Positions 26,945 through 39,540 of a DNA stretch of 64,000 nucleotides are shown here, piece after piece; within the stretch, counting starts at the first letter, position 1; each line of letters starts with the position of its first letter. The notes under the pieces were generated by a model. It had not been told where the DNA came from. It was given only the letters and a program-made list of their open reading frames with translations, and searched no databases. The stretch lies in the NCBI GenBank assembly GCA_028534125.1, contig CM052816.1:75890001-75954000 (forward strand). The letters are read 5' to 3'. The DNA comes from Lama glama. Lineage: Eukaryota. Position numbers and translations under genes: made by a program.

Positions 26945-27610
26945 TCACTCAAAAGTTTATTAATTGCATATTGTGACTCAGGTAACAAGCCATGCACCGG
27001 GGATAAAGGGAAACAGATGATGTGATACTTGCCTTTAGAAGCAAACAGATGGATGAACTGATACTTAAAATATCAAGTGGTTAGTACAACAGGGAGATAG
27101 GCACAGGGTAGTTCAGGATACAGCTTGGGAAGGGGAAGCCAGATGAGACTTCCTGGAGTGAGAAATGTCATGGGTGAGTAACTTTTATTCTGGTGGATAG
27201 GCAGGTGAGAGCAGTGTAAAATAGGGAAGAGGTCCTTCAAGCCGGGAGGACTGCAAGGCCAATATAGAAGATGAGAGATGTCAAGTAGTCAAGCAAGAAC
27301 TGCCAAGAAGTGGTGTTCTCAGAAAATGAGATTAGAAAGGTCAGCAAGGGTTGGATCCTGGAGGGTCTTGTGTACCAAGATAAGGAACCTCATTATCATC
27401 CTTTAGGTTATGAGCCACTGAGAATTTCAAGCAGGGGAGTGACAAGGGCAGGCTTTACCACTGAGATGGCTTACTCTGGCAGCAGTGAAAGCCTGATTTA
27501 AGGAGGCTGACCCTGGAGAAAGCCTGTAGGAAGGCTGTTACAGTGAGAGATGCTGAAAGCCTGAGCTAGAACAGTGGTATTTTATTTATAGAAAGAAAAG
27601 AAGAGATTCA
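26945..27610 (-). mobile_element. L2 fragment
   Basis: attcactcaaaagtttattaattgc...gagccactgagaatttcaagcaggggagtgac...ctctggcagcagtg is antisense L2. Confidence 0.75.
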
Positions 27611-27774
27611 CATATAATGAAGCACCTGTTGGAGATAGGTTTAAATTATTTGAGGTGGGGAGGGGATTCATCTTTAAAGTTTGCTGGCAAGAAGGATATA
27701 CAAATGCAAAAATGCATTGAGCTGTACACTTTTGATCTGTGCACTCCATTTTGTGTAAGTTATACCTTACTATA

Positions 27775-27814
<40 letters not shown>

Positions 27815-27914
27815 ATTTTTTTAAAGAAAGAAAGTTACTAGAAGCTTTGTTTCTAGCAGAGGAGAAGCTAATTATGTTTTAGAATAGATTTACTTTTTTT
27901 CTAGGAAAACTACT

Positions 27915-28330
27915 AGCATAGGACCTTTCCTACTCACGTTTCTCCAGAAAGCAGGGTCTGAGCACTTATGGCCAGTGCATTACTGGGAAGTGTTATTGCA
28001 GGGAGCCAGAGTCAGGGGAAGAGCACGTAAAGCAGAGGAAGAGGGAAAGCCAATACCAGGAAGTGTCAGCAAGTTGGACTCACTATAGGAAAGACAACTT
28101 GTTCAATCCCAAGGAAGCTTCTGAGGAATAGTAGGAAACATATCTTAGGGGAATTTTTTTTTTTAATCAGCTCCCATCCCCATTGGTCAAAGATTTGCCA
28201 CATAGGAATAACTCTCCCAAACTTCTGAGTGCCTATGTAGACACCAAATGGGTTCCCATGGGGTCCCTTGCTTTGTCATCAACAGAGAAGCCACAATGTG
28301 GGGAACAAGAGGCACAAATTCCACAAATGG
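27915..28330 (-). mobile_element. ERV-L LTR (LTR16-like), 3' LTR of the adjacent provirus
   Basis: tctccagaaagcagggtctgag...gggaagtg...aggaagagggaaagccaata...cagctcccatccccattggtcaa resembles antisense LTR16. Confidence 0.75.
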
Positions 28331-31200
28331 AACACTGGGGATGATGGCAAGAAAAGCCAATCTGATTTCTACTCCTTGCTCCTGAGACCCATCTATTATA
28401 GCTATTGAAGATACAGCATCATTTTCAGCTGTTGGGTTAGCACATAGTGGTTAGCACATCATGCAGGACCAACATCCCATCTCTACACAGTGTTTTGCTT
28501 GAGCTGGTGCCTTAGCTGAGTTGTTGACAAGCCTTCCACTGTTATATCGGGCCAGCTACTTCTAAGTAATTTGGTGTCTGGTAAGGCCACGTGATCTGTA
28601 GTCATGCGCCCGTTGTCACACCTTCTTTGCAATCAAATAGGCCCCTTAGGCAATGTTGTGTGTGATGCCATGTGATAGACCAAGTATTCTGGAAACCCTC
28701 AGATGGTAGTGCTGCAAGAGGCACTTTGGACAGGGAAGACAAACTCTTCTGAGAGTAGGTATAAATTCTGGATGACAAACTGCAGCACTCTGCAAGGTGA
28801 TGGAATCCAATGCAATCAACCTGATGCCAAGTACCAACTGGCTGGCTGTTCTCCTGAAGCATTGTTCCATATTTGATTGCTCCTTATTGAATACTCAAGT
28901 TTGATTTTGGCCCCTGCCAGGTTGGGTACTCAGCAGTGGCAGTAGCTAGATCAGACTTTCTGAGAACTGCTTCCATGCATGTTGTGCATGATTTTCATTC
29001 TTACCATCATGGATGCTGTGTTCATGGGCCTAGTAAATCAATACTGGATTGACCAAGGAAAGAGGCTTGCTGATTCTCACTGGACAGGTCGTCCTGAGTA
29101 CCTACTTTTTGATTCAAGTAGTTAGGCAGGGGTAAGAGGTAGTGTAAAATGGGGAAGAAGTCATTCTAGCCAGGAGGACTGCAAGGCCAATATAGGAGTG
29201 AGAGATGGTAAGTAAGTATTCAGGTACTACCAGAAAGTGAGTAGCAGAAAATGAGATTAGAAAGGTTAAGGATTGGATCCTGGAGAGCCTTGTGTACCAG
29301 GATAAGGAAACTTAGTGTCTGGTGACAGTAAAGGCAGTGGGCAGTGGTGGGTATTATCATGAAACAAACAAACAAAATTCATGTCTTGGCCGTCCCCCAT
29401 GAGGCATTCAAGAGGTGTGTCCTCTTCACCAGTTTTTTTTTTTTGTGTGTGTGTTTTTTTTTGGTCCTCAGTCTTGCAATAGAATTCCTGCCAGACCTCT
29501 AACAACAACCTAAGCCATTTACTTGCTCAGGAATCCAAGTTTATTTGTATCTTAGACCACTTCTTTCCCCACACAAAATCGATAACCAAATAGATTACTT
29601 GCAGATTTACCTCCTGGGAAGATTTCCTTTCATCATCAACCTTTAGGACCACTCCTGAGTGGGACTGTGATACAGCAGAAGTCTGTTTTTGCCAGCACCA
29701 ACATTGTGCTGATTCATCCATGCACCAGGACTAAGTTTTTCCTCCTCTGTCAGTTGGGTGGAAGGGACTACCTCTCCCTTCCCTATGAGACCTTGTATGT
29801 AAGCTGAGGGATTGGTGTTAGTATAACAGAGGTATGTGATGTGGGTGTCTGGGCTGCCTTTTCATATAATTTACTGGTGCCTTCTAGATCTGATCCTGAA
29901 TGTGTTGTTTCTATTATTCTATCAGTAAATCAACAAATCACTGCTATGCACTTCTGGTCTTATGGCTTGGTAACTACATCTACCTTGCTTTTAACAATTA
30001 AAAGGCAACACCTGATCCCTGCTATTCTGGAATCCTATCATATTTCTGACACTAGGGATTTGAGCTGTATGGTTCCACCTTCTCTGTTAATATGGTATTT
30101 CAGAGGACATCACTCACTGAGTTTCTTAAAGATGTTTCTTAAATAGTCCCCTCAAGTCCCACTCCGTGCATTCTGTTGCTCTAGGGTATCCTCTGGGCCC
30201 TTCCAGGGAACATAGGCATGGATTGAGTTCTTATGTAATAAATATACTTTAATATTCCAACTTCCTTAAGTCTTCTGACCTCTTTCTTAGTACTATATTA
30301 ACAAAGTTCTGGCATGTCTACCTCATTTATTGTGGATCTATCATGTTTAAGCTTCAAGAAAGCATCCCAGCAGTGTATTGGGACTGGTCCCCCTTTTCAA
30401 TAAATCCTCCCTTATTTGGTTTTATATTTCTTCCCTTGGGCTAATACCTTCAATTCACTCCTACATATGTTCTCCCAGTTCCTATGGTACACAACGCAGA
30501 GTACTAACCACTATACGATCACGGCCCCTATGGTACAGAAGCCAGGTTCTGCAGTTTCTTCAGGTGTGAATTACTTCCTTCCAGAGTATATCAGCTGTGC
30601 TAAGACCTGACCCTGTTACTGGCCTGGGGATAATGAGGGATGTGGGCGTGGCTCTTGAGGATGACACATCTTGAGGAGCTTGTAAGGCACCTGCATCAGG
30701 TGAGGGCTTTTCAGCCTGCTCTCCTCTGCTTTTGCATTCATGAAGAGTTTAGAGGAATATGAGAGTTGAAGATTCTAAGACTCATCCAGGAAACATCCCC
30801 ATCCCAGGTCTCAGGGTTCCCCCATTTTCTATAAGGGGTCTGGTTTGGCATGCGTGACTCTCCAGTCTATACAATTAGTTTTCTTTGCAATCTTGCTACC
30901 CTTACCATTAGATTCTGTGCCTGATATTCAACACAGTTTGTCCTGCAGCTGTAAGAGACAAGGCTCCTGCAGAGCTTCTATTTTGCCCTTTCCATTTACA
31001 GGTGGGTACCCGGAGCCCATCATTTTATTTTTTCAAAGAGAATCAATACAAGGGATTATTACCAAGTTGGCCACCTCTATGGGAGAGTTAACAAAAGCCA
31101 ACCTACTCTCCAGTCCTGTAAGTATTATTCCCTGTGTGCTATTCAATTGCTACAGCCGCAATATAATCCAGTGTCTCACTTCCAATCAATGTCCTATCTG
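28331..31200 (-). mobile_element. Decayed ERV-L (HERV16/ERV3-16-like) internal region with gag/pol remnants
   Basis: ORF 28602..28862 (QPVGTWHQVDCIG...IYTYS) resembles ERV-L integrase QPATWWQVDYIG...IDTYS. ORF 29527..29721 (DESA...KSSQEVNLQVIYLVIDFVWGKKWSKIQINLDS) resembles ERV-L RNase H DGSA...KSSQWAELRAVHLVVHFAWKEKWP...TDS. Frameshifted and deleted. Confidence 0.85.
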
Positions 31201-31549
31201 AATACATCACAAGTTAAAAAGAACAGTAACTACTAATTGTGATCCTACTGCATGCCGTGAGGTCCTTAACACCATCTGATACTGTAATTTTTTATGCTTG
31301 AATGTCTTACGTTGATTAAATATACTTTGCAAAAGTTAAGCATATGAATTGGAACTTGAAATTGACATTTCCCCTTTAAGTCTTTAAGTAATAAAAATTT
31401 TATTCCGAATAGACTTCATTTTATTATCCTTACAACAAAGCAACTTACTTTGCAAATCTTTATAGTTACATAACTACATTTAGAAATACAAGTAAACTTT
31501 ATATGAAAAAGGCTCTTGCAGATATACAGAGTTCTATGGGACTGCAAGC

Positions 31550-32290
31550 AAAAGTCCTGCAGGTCACCAGTGCCAGGCGATCTAGAGATGTCCCCAAGGG
31601 GTACAGTCGCACAAACCAGGGCGCCAGACGTAAAACCCGGGCTGCGGAGGCGCAGGGCATCTCGGGAGATCCGCCGCTGGAGCGCGGGAGAGGGAGAGCG
31701 CGAACATGGCGCCCTGCAGGCTCTGCTTCTGGAACGCTCCTCGGCAGGCTCCCCTCAGCAGGCTCCCAAATGTGGGTCGAGTCAGATGCCTGCCCCTCCG
31801 CCGAAGCTCCGAAGCTCCGAGACAAGCAGATAAGCATCTTTTCATGCGAAGTCCGGGAGCCCCTTCATCGAGCCCCGCAGTCGGCCGCGCTGAAGCTGGA
31901 ACCGTGGGGGTAGGTGAGTCCCAGCGCCGGAGGCCGGTTGGTTTTCTAAGCGAGACGTTTCAGGGGCTTGTCTCTCAGGGGCAGGTCTTAAAAGTTGAAG
32001 GTGTCCCATCTGGGGGTACAAACCCTTCTCTCCTCAGGGAAAAGCTCCCGTTTGCGGTTCCCTCCAGACTGGGTCGCTGTGCGGTCAGTGGCGTTTATGT
32101 CGACTGTCCCAGCCTCTCCTACCCGATTCCATGTGGACCTTCTCTTGTTTGTGGGATGCGTAGAGTTGCTTGGACAGTTTTTAGGTTTTTTTTTTCCCCC
32201 TCCAAGGCAGTTCCATATGTAGCTGTAGGTTCGGTGTGTTTGTACAGGAGGTGAGTTCAGTATCCCCTGACGTCGTCATCTTGAACTGGA
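31550..32290 (+). promoter_or_regulatory. CpG-island promoter
   Basis: The only dense CpG/GC-rich block in an otherwise CpG-depleted window. YY1-like AACATGGCG at ~31703-31711 and CRE-like TGACGTC at 32268-32274; followed by consensus splice donors. Confidence 0.9.
31780..31913 (+). other. Putative non-coding first exon (start approximate) of a + strand gene whose main CDS lies beyond the window
   Basis: Perfect donor TAG|GTGAGT at 31913/31914 within the CpG island, and all downstream L1s are antisense. Tentative, unverified resemblance to FGGY exon 1. Confidence 0.7.
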
Positions 32291-35200
32291 ACTCCTGAAA
32301 AAGGCTCATTAGGCTTAGGTTAGCTTATTACCTGCATCTGAATGTTATTGCTTATGGAAATGAGATGGCGTTCCGTGGAATTCAACAGCCAAAAAAATGG
32401 AGAATAGCAGGTGTACAGAAGGTATATTAATCATAGTCGAGTCTCATTAATCCTACATCTACCAAGTATATGATAAATAAGCAAGTAGAGAAATGGTTGA
32501 TGGGTGACAGCTGTCAGAAAAGTTGGTGCCCAAGTGAAAAATGTATATGGGTTTTCATGTGTATAGTTGTGAAACGGTAGGTCCAGCAAAATATATCTAT
32601 TTTGGTTGTATTCTCAGAATGAAGCTGAGGCTCTGGAAACTCATTGCTTTAAAATTACCTGTGCTTGCTTACTCTTGGAACATTTTTATAGAACTCAGGG
32701 GTACTTGCACCCCCATTCAAAGACCCCTAACTATTTGCCATGTTTTATGAACATCGTGAATTCCATCACGATCCAACAGAACCAAAGCAGTGAGAATAAT
32801 GGAGCGTGCTTATAAGCAGGGATGTGCATTTACACGGGAAATAAAAACAGAAATCAAGATAGAGCTAATTTTTTAAAAAGTGAGAAAATTAGAAAGTTTA
32901 TGTCTGAATGTAGTGCATTTCAGATAATTCTGAAAGAAAGGGCAAATCAGACAAATGTGAGAAGCATTGATTGGATACTACCAGCAATATCAGAAGAGGG
33001 ACAATGAAAACGTATTTATGGAATTAAAAAGAAAGAAAGAAAGAAAACTGACCTTTTAAGCTGCGGCTAGAGGATTCCAGTCATTGCTGCAGGTCAACTA
33101 TCAGGCCATGATTCAGGAGAAGACATGCAGTTGTTGGGCAATTTCAAGCTTAAGCTCGGTGGCAGTGTTTGGATGACTTCCTTCTCAGCAGAATTCAGGC
33201 CTGGTAGCATCTACACAGTATCAGTGTGGGACAGGCAGTGTGGGTGGGCACGTGCACACTTGGGCATCACCAGAAAAGGTGCTGCAGGCCTCAATAGATG
33301 ATCAAAGTGACAGTGAATGTCCAGCTTTACCAACAGTGTTCCTCTGGATGGTACTCATGCTGTCTCCAAATTCACTAAAGTTTTATTATACTCTACAGCC
33401 TGGTTTTCTGTATTGTGGGGAATCAAGGATGGGACTGTATTCCCATTTTCAAGCAGATCAGTCTGAGGAAATTGTCGCAGCCCAGAGGAGACAACTAGGG
33501 GGTGGCGGAGCCTGATTGGTGGGGCTCTGGAGTGGGAGTGTTATCTTTTAATTAACAAATCAAGTAGACATTTTCAGCTCCCATATGTGGGTGTATTTGG
33601 TTTTCTCTTAATCTTTATAGATGATGTAGAGATAGTAATTACCTCTTTACCATTTAGAACCCTTAGTGCTCTCTCCATTCTTTGTGCTTATTTGCACTAA
33701 GCACGATTCAGATAATATCCATCTTAAAAGTTCCTAATGGGTCAGTCCTATATCTGTTTATTCATCTCTTCAAGATATACTTATTATGCAAATATTATGT
33801 GCTTGGCATTGGAAATAAAATGGTGGATCAGATGGTGATCGTCCTTGAGCTCATGGAGTTTAGAGCATCATATGGCAATAAATACTAAAAAATTAGCCTA
33901 AGAACTATTTATAATTGTATTAAGAGTTTTGGAGAATAACTTTAAGGCACTGTGGGAATGTATGACTTGTCAACTAAGCACTGATTGCCTTGAAGTCAGA
34001 GACCATATCCTACACTTCTTTTGGGTTTCTCTGTAGATCCTAACATAACTCATAATACAGAATAATACATGCTCATTAAACATTTGATTGATTATCATTT
34101 CTGTATTTTAGGCTGAAATGATTAATGTCAAATCAAGGTTTTTTGTTGTTGTTGTTGTTCCTCACTGAGTAGACATGAAGGCTAACTATAATTTTATTCT
34201 GTAATTTGTACCTGAAGCCATTGTTTGCAAAGGTCATCCAAGTTGTGGCTCTTCTCCCAGACTTGTGCTCTGACCAGAGCCTGTTTTAAATAAGATCAGC
34301 TGCATTCTTCATCTGTGAATCTTGTTTGTTGGTTACTGCGTCTCAGTTCATAGCCCAGTTGTTGTTCACTGGGCCTTCAAAGAGTTCAAAAGTAGTTCTT
34401 TGACTTGTCTTTGGTGTAGTTTCCCCCCTTCTACCAACCAGATGGCCACTGCTCCAACGTCCTGCCACACATCTAACTTGGAGGGTCAGTATGTTCAAGG
34501 CTGGCCTCAGCAGCCCAACTGTATTTCAGGGTTTACAGTAAAGGTTAAATGGGCTGTTAGGTAATGTTCTTGGGCAGCAGCTTCAATCTACTTGGCTGTT
34601 AACAACAAAATAGCAAATCAAGGCCAAAATGTCTTTTAAGGAATTGTCTAACAGGCAGTTTTTCTTTGATTTTTAGCAAATAGCTTCCTATGTACTATAA
34701 TAATGGTGATAACTTTGAACACTAAGGCATCACTTGATTTTCCATGAGTAGCTGATGTACTTATTAACTTAGTCATTTTCAAAACCATTCTTAGTCCATA
34801 GCAGTGGGTTATGGTTATGTGTGAGGAGCCTTGAATGTGTATTTCAAAGGGTCCTAAGAGTAAAGACTGCCTTCTTTATGGTCTCACAGCACATGTTTTT
34901 GTTATGTGTTATGTCCCACTTGGTTTTCCATGCGTGTCTTTTTCTGCTGCTGTGTAACAAGCCGGGTGAGATCAAATTCATTTGTGTATCTTTAGTGGAT
35001 ATCACCATGCTCTAGGACTTAACCATATATTCTATTGAGTAAATAAGTAAGTAAATATATGGCAACTGTGGAATATATGATGCCATTTAAGATGGGATTT
35101 TCTCAGAAGACTCAGAGAAAACTTTAACAATGGATCCTGAATTCCTCCATTAAGTATGAAAGTGAAGAAAAAAAAAATAAAGCTATAGTCACACCAAGTG

Positions 35201-35394
35201 CAACTTCATTCCATGAGTATAGAAAAATAGGTCATATGTTCTGTTTACTGCTCTGGTATAGAAAACCTTAACCTTAGGAAGTAGAGTGTACAATCTTAGA
35301 GAACTCTTCTGGGCAGCCAGTAGCTAAAAATATGTTTTAATCTATGGATTTTTAGATAATTTGCTTATTGAAAAAATTTTAAATTTATTCTCTT

Positions 35395-36900
35395 GGGTTT
35401 TACAGATAAAGAATCACACTATGTGCAAATAATAATGATGAGTCTGTCTCTGCTTCTTTAAATATATGATTTATCTTACTTTTGGTCAGACTTTTAAAAC
35501 AGTGATAAACGATTCTGCCTTCCAGCACACTTGTCAGTGGAAATTCCTCTTGTGTTTTAAGAGTAGGTGTGACATTGACCATTGGTTGTTGAACTGAGAG
35601 CATTTTTTTCTGTTTTGTTAACATATATTTAATTTATCAAGAATGAGTGTTTATTTCCAAATGCTACTTCAGTATCTATTGAGTTGGTTGCTTTAACTCC
35701 TTTGGTTTACTGATGTGATAAATTACGTTAAAGATTTTTCTTTTGTGTGTTAAAGAACCAACCTATTGTTCTTAGAATGTTTCCTAACTAGTCATGGCCA
35801 TGGTGTCTTTTTATTTTATTTTTTAATGTTTTACATTACATCAAAAGCTTTCTACTTGCTAATATCTTATTTACAAATTTTATGCTAATCTGTATAAGCT
35901 GGATGTGTTTGTAGTTTCTTTTACCTGCTTTGTCAGATTTCTGTATAAGGTTATTTTAGATTATAAAATTAATTATGTCACATTTCATCTTCTTTCTATA
36001 TTTTCAAACAACTTAACTAGCAAAAGAATGATCTGTTATTGAAAGAACAGAAACATTTTCCCATCAACTGTGTAGGCATGCATTGGTTTTTGAAGAGATT
36101 TCTTTGATAACTTTTCCCAATTAATTCCATGGTTACTGGGGGGAGGGTATAGCTCAGGGGTAGAGAGTGTGCTTAGCATGCACGAGGTCCTGCATTCAAT
36201 TCCCAGTGCCTCCACTTAAAAAATAAATAACTCTAATTACCCCCCCCCCCCGCAAGAAAAAGCCAGTCCAGGTCATGCAAAATTCCATGGTTATCAATCT
36301 TTTACTTTTTTTCAAATTAAAACTTTTTTTTTCATTCTTTGTAGCTTGACATTTTTTCTTATTTCATATATCTGTGGTGGTTTTTTTCTTCCCATCTGTT
36401 TTTAAATTATATGTGTCCTAATTGGTTTACTCTATTGTTCTTTTAAAATAGCTAGCTTTTGAATTTATTTATGAGTTCTGATTTACTTTATTTTACCATT
36501 TTTTTATTTATTTGTATTTTTAAAATCATTTTTACTAATTTTCTTGGAGTTTGTTCTGTTTTACTCTTTCTGACGAGTTAAATACTTTGTCTATTTATTT
36601 TATTTTTTAGAAATTAATAATAAAACCTTTAAAGTAACTTTTCTTTAACTATACAGCTGTATTTTCCAAGTTTTTATATCTAGTATTCTTATTTTTGTTA
36701 TTTTCCAAATGGTCTGTTGTTGTAATTTTGGTTTTTTGTTCTATCCAAGGGTAATTTTCCTCTTCTAATTTCAAAAAGACACTTAAATTAAAAAATTTAA
36801 TAACCTGCTTTGTGGTGAAAAATGTAACTCATATAATTCTTGTTCTTTGAATCAAATGAGTTTATTGTTTGTTTTTTGCAGCTGAGTAGAATATCTGGTA
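35395..36900 (-). mobile_element. Ancient, highly diverged L1 ORF2 remnant (L1ME/M5-like)
   Basis: T-rich tract with antisense-L1 motifs such as aatcacactatgtgcaaataat, cagtatctattgag and ttgctaatatcttattt. Confidence 0.6.
36136..36280 (+). mobile_element. tRNA-derived camelid SINE (Vic-1-like)
   Basis: gggggagggtatagctcaggggtagagagtgtgcttagcatgcacgaggtcctgcattcaattcccag with A-box and degenerate B-box. 13-bp TSD aattccatggtta at 36123-36135 and 36281-36293. Confidence 0.93.
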
Positions 36901-38959
36901 ATGGGGAGGGTAAAATGGCATAATTACTCTTTTTTTTTTCGCAGAGTGAAGTAGAGGAGATAGAAAGAAACATCTACTTTATTCTTTAGTTGTAACTCTG
37001 GATCTTTGAGTCTGGGAACACATAGGGAGAAGTAGCAAAGATCTTCATACCTTCTTGATTTTCATAGTTTCTGTTTCATAATGTCAACTTGAAACGTGCT
37101 GTGAGTAGAATTCTATGTAGGTTTATCTTAATCTAATTTCTTATGCTTTGTGATCATCTATCACTCTTAAGTTATCAGGTTGACCTTTTCTTTTTTTAAT
37201 CATTTTCATTGTTTTTAAAAAAATTGAATTTTGGTGTGTTTGTCCAGTGTGTTGGGAATTACTAACCAGATGCCAATATGAACCCAAACTTCTGTTTCTA
37301 ATAACTTTGGCCTCCTCAAAATTATTGTTAATCTTCTATTTTATTAATCTTGAAACACACAGAAAGGCAAAAATAAATAGATTAATACCACCCATCATCC
37401 AAACAGCCTTAGATAACCAAAACCTTAATATTTTGGTGAATAGGTTTCTATTTTTTTCTGTTACTTCTTAATACAGTTGTGCATACATTAAGCTACTTCT
37501 TTAAACCCTTGAAGGAAATTCACTTGAAGGAAGAAGATAGTCTGGGAAGGGTGGATGTAAATATTCACCTACTTTCAAGAGGAAGGCAGAACTATTTCTT
37601 CCTGACAGATGTCCACAGCAAATCCTGAATCACAACAGAGAGCAGTGAACACATGAGGGGATGGGGTCAGGGACAGGGAATACGTGAAGGCACACAAACC
37701 ATCCAAATTAAAACTCAGCAGTGAGGCTAAAGGATAGCTGGTGTCTGCAGACATAATATTGCATACAGGTTGGAGCCAGGGATGACGCATGCTGTGTCCT
37801 TATTGTTGGTCACATAGTAAGGGTTAATAAAATGTCTAATACTAAAAAAAAAACAAACAAACAAAACCTAGTCATCCTCAACAATTCATGGTAGTAAAGA
37901 AAAGCCTTTTTTGAGAGAAGTGAGTTTGAGCAGTTTGAAGAAAAAGTAAAGTAACTTGCTGAAAAAATAATCTGAATATATTTTGCATATTTGAGAATCT
38001 TGGATGAGTGTAGAGATAATAGGAGAAATGGGCAGTCAAGGGTAGGTGTCTGTTTTTACAGAGGTGAAAGAAATATTAATGTGGAGATGGCAGACAGAAA
38101 ATAAAATTTGGCTGGACTCATTGGAAGACATATTCATGGGATTGGACTCCTATGTTTGTGGGGGAGAATATGATGCAATTTAGAAAAGATCAAAGCCTTG
38201 TCACTGTTTAAAAATTTTCCTATGAAGATGGATAGAATGATAGGGATTGATGATGGGTAGAAAGAGTGCTGGTTAGGGAAAGCCAGCTACGCTATTGCCC
38301 AAAATTTACAGTATTACACACCAGTTTTGCATCAATGCTTTGGCCAAATGCCAGGAAAACACCCAAGAGAAAATCTACTAAATCTTGTAAGGAGCCAGTA
38401 AACTGTTGGTTTCTGAAGAAACACATTTTGAAGATATTTTATATTCATAGACATTAGAGTTTGCCTGTGTGGTCGGCAGAACACTTTAAACAGTAATGTG
38501 AAACCACTTGCATCTGCTAATTGCTTACTTATTCAGTTGTCTTTTTTTTGACCTGTGCAGTAGCAGGGAATAGAGAGAAGCCAGTAATGATTACACAATT
38601 GCAGACCTATGAAGCTCAAGTTCAGGTCCTTGCTGTGCCCCTAATTTACTGGTTGACTTTGATCAAATTATTTCATCTCTCTCTCAGCATCAGTTTCCGC
38701 ACTAATAAAACAAGAGATTTGAAGCCTTAGTTCTTCATTTTGAAGTTCTGGAAGTCTGTGATTCAGATTCCTGTCTGTGCTAAGTGTTAGATGATAAAAA
38801 ATTCAGCCCTTTTTTTAAGTCCAAACTTTATATATGTGTGTATATATATATATATATACACACACTTACACACACATACACACACACACATACATATATA
38901 CATATATATATTTACCTCAGGTAGAACTATGTACAAAACACCTGTAAAATGTTATACTG

Positions 38960-39540
38960 ATAGCTAATACTTATCACTTAGTGTATGCTGGGCACTGCAC
39001 ATGCATTCTCTAATGCAAAGAGGCAATATAGTGCAGTGGTTGTGGAGTGAGATCTATGAAGTTCAAACTCTCCCCGCCATCACTTCCAGCCAGGTGATTT
39101 GGTCAAGTGCTTCTGAAATGTGAACATGCATAGGAGTCATCTGTCAGTCTTATTGAAAGGTAGCTTTTGAACCAGTAATCTGAGGTGGGGCTTGAAATTC
39201 AGCATTTTTAACAAGCTCCTAAATGATGTTGATGCTTCTCATCCTTGAGGCACATTTCTGTGCCTCAGTTTCCTCCTCTACAAAATAGGGATAATAGTAT
39301 TTAACTCCCTCATACAGTGGCTCTGGGGATTAAGTGAATTTATACTACCAAAGTACTTTAGTAGTGCCTAGTGTTTTAAGCACTTAGTAAGTGTTGGCTA
39401 TTATTATTATCAATCTTCAAATCATCCCCACGGGGCAGATGCTAGTGGTGGAAAACTGAAGGTAGAAAAATTAAGTTGTTCAAGGTCACATCAGTAACCA
39501 CAGAGTACAAGGCTTTGACTCTAAGTGGTAGCTTTTCATG
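38960..39540. mobile_element. Nested cluster: MIR(-) containing MIR(+) containing a MER5A-like element (~39105-39258)
   Basis: The MIR head gcaatatagtgcagtggtt and core ctgtgcctcagtttcctc are separated by MER5A-like ctgaggtggggcttgaaattcagcatttttaacaagctcc. Confidence 0.7.

Noticed and set aside
28077..28089. GACTCACTATAGG, the 3' part of the T7 promoter
   Set aside because: Lacks the TAATAC portion and lies inside a collinear LTR16-like element; a chance match, not vector contamination.
31499..32254. Several overlapping 87-182 aa ORFs at the CpG island
   Set aside because: Expected from stop-codon scarcity in GC-rich DNA. They occur in multiple frames on both strands, are R/P/A/S-rich, cross splice donors and show no recognisable domain.
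34430..34450. CTCF-like CAACCAGATGGCCAC (weaker ones near 50256-50272 and 58758-58773)
   Set aside because: Partial matches only, expected by chance in 64 kb; cannot be supported without a PWM scan or ChIP data.
36138..36210. tRNA-like sequence with A and B boxes
   Set aside because: It is the head of a SINE with tail and TSD; no complete cloverleaf.
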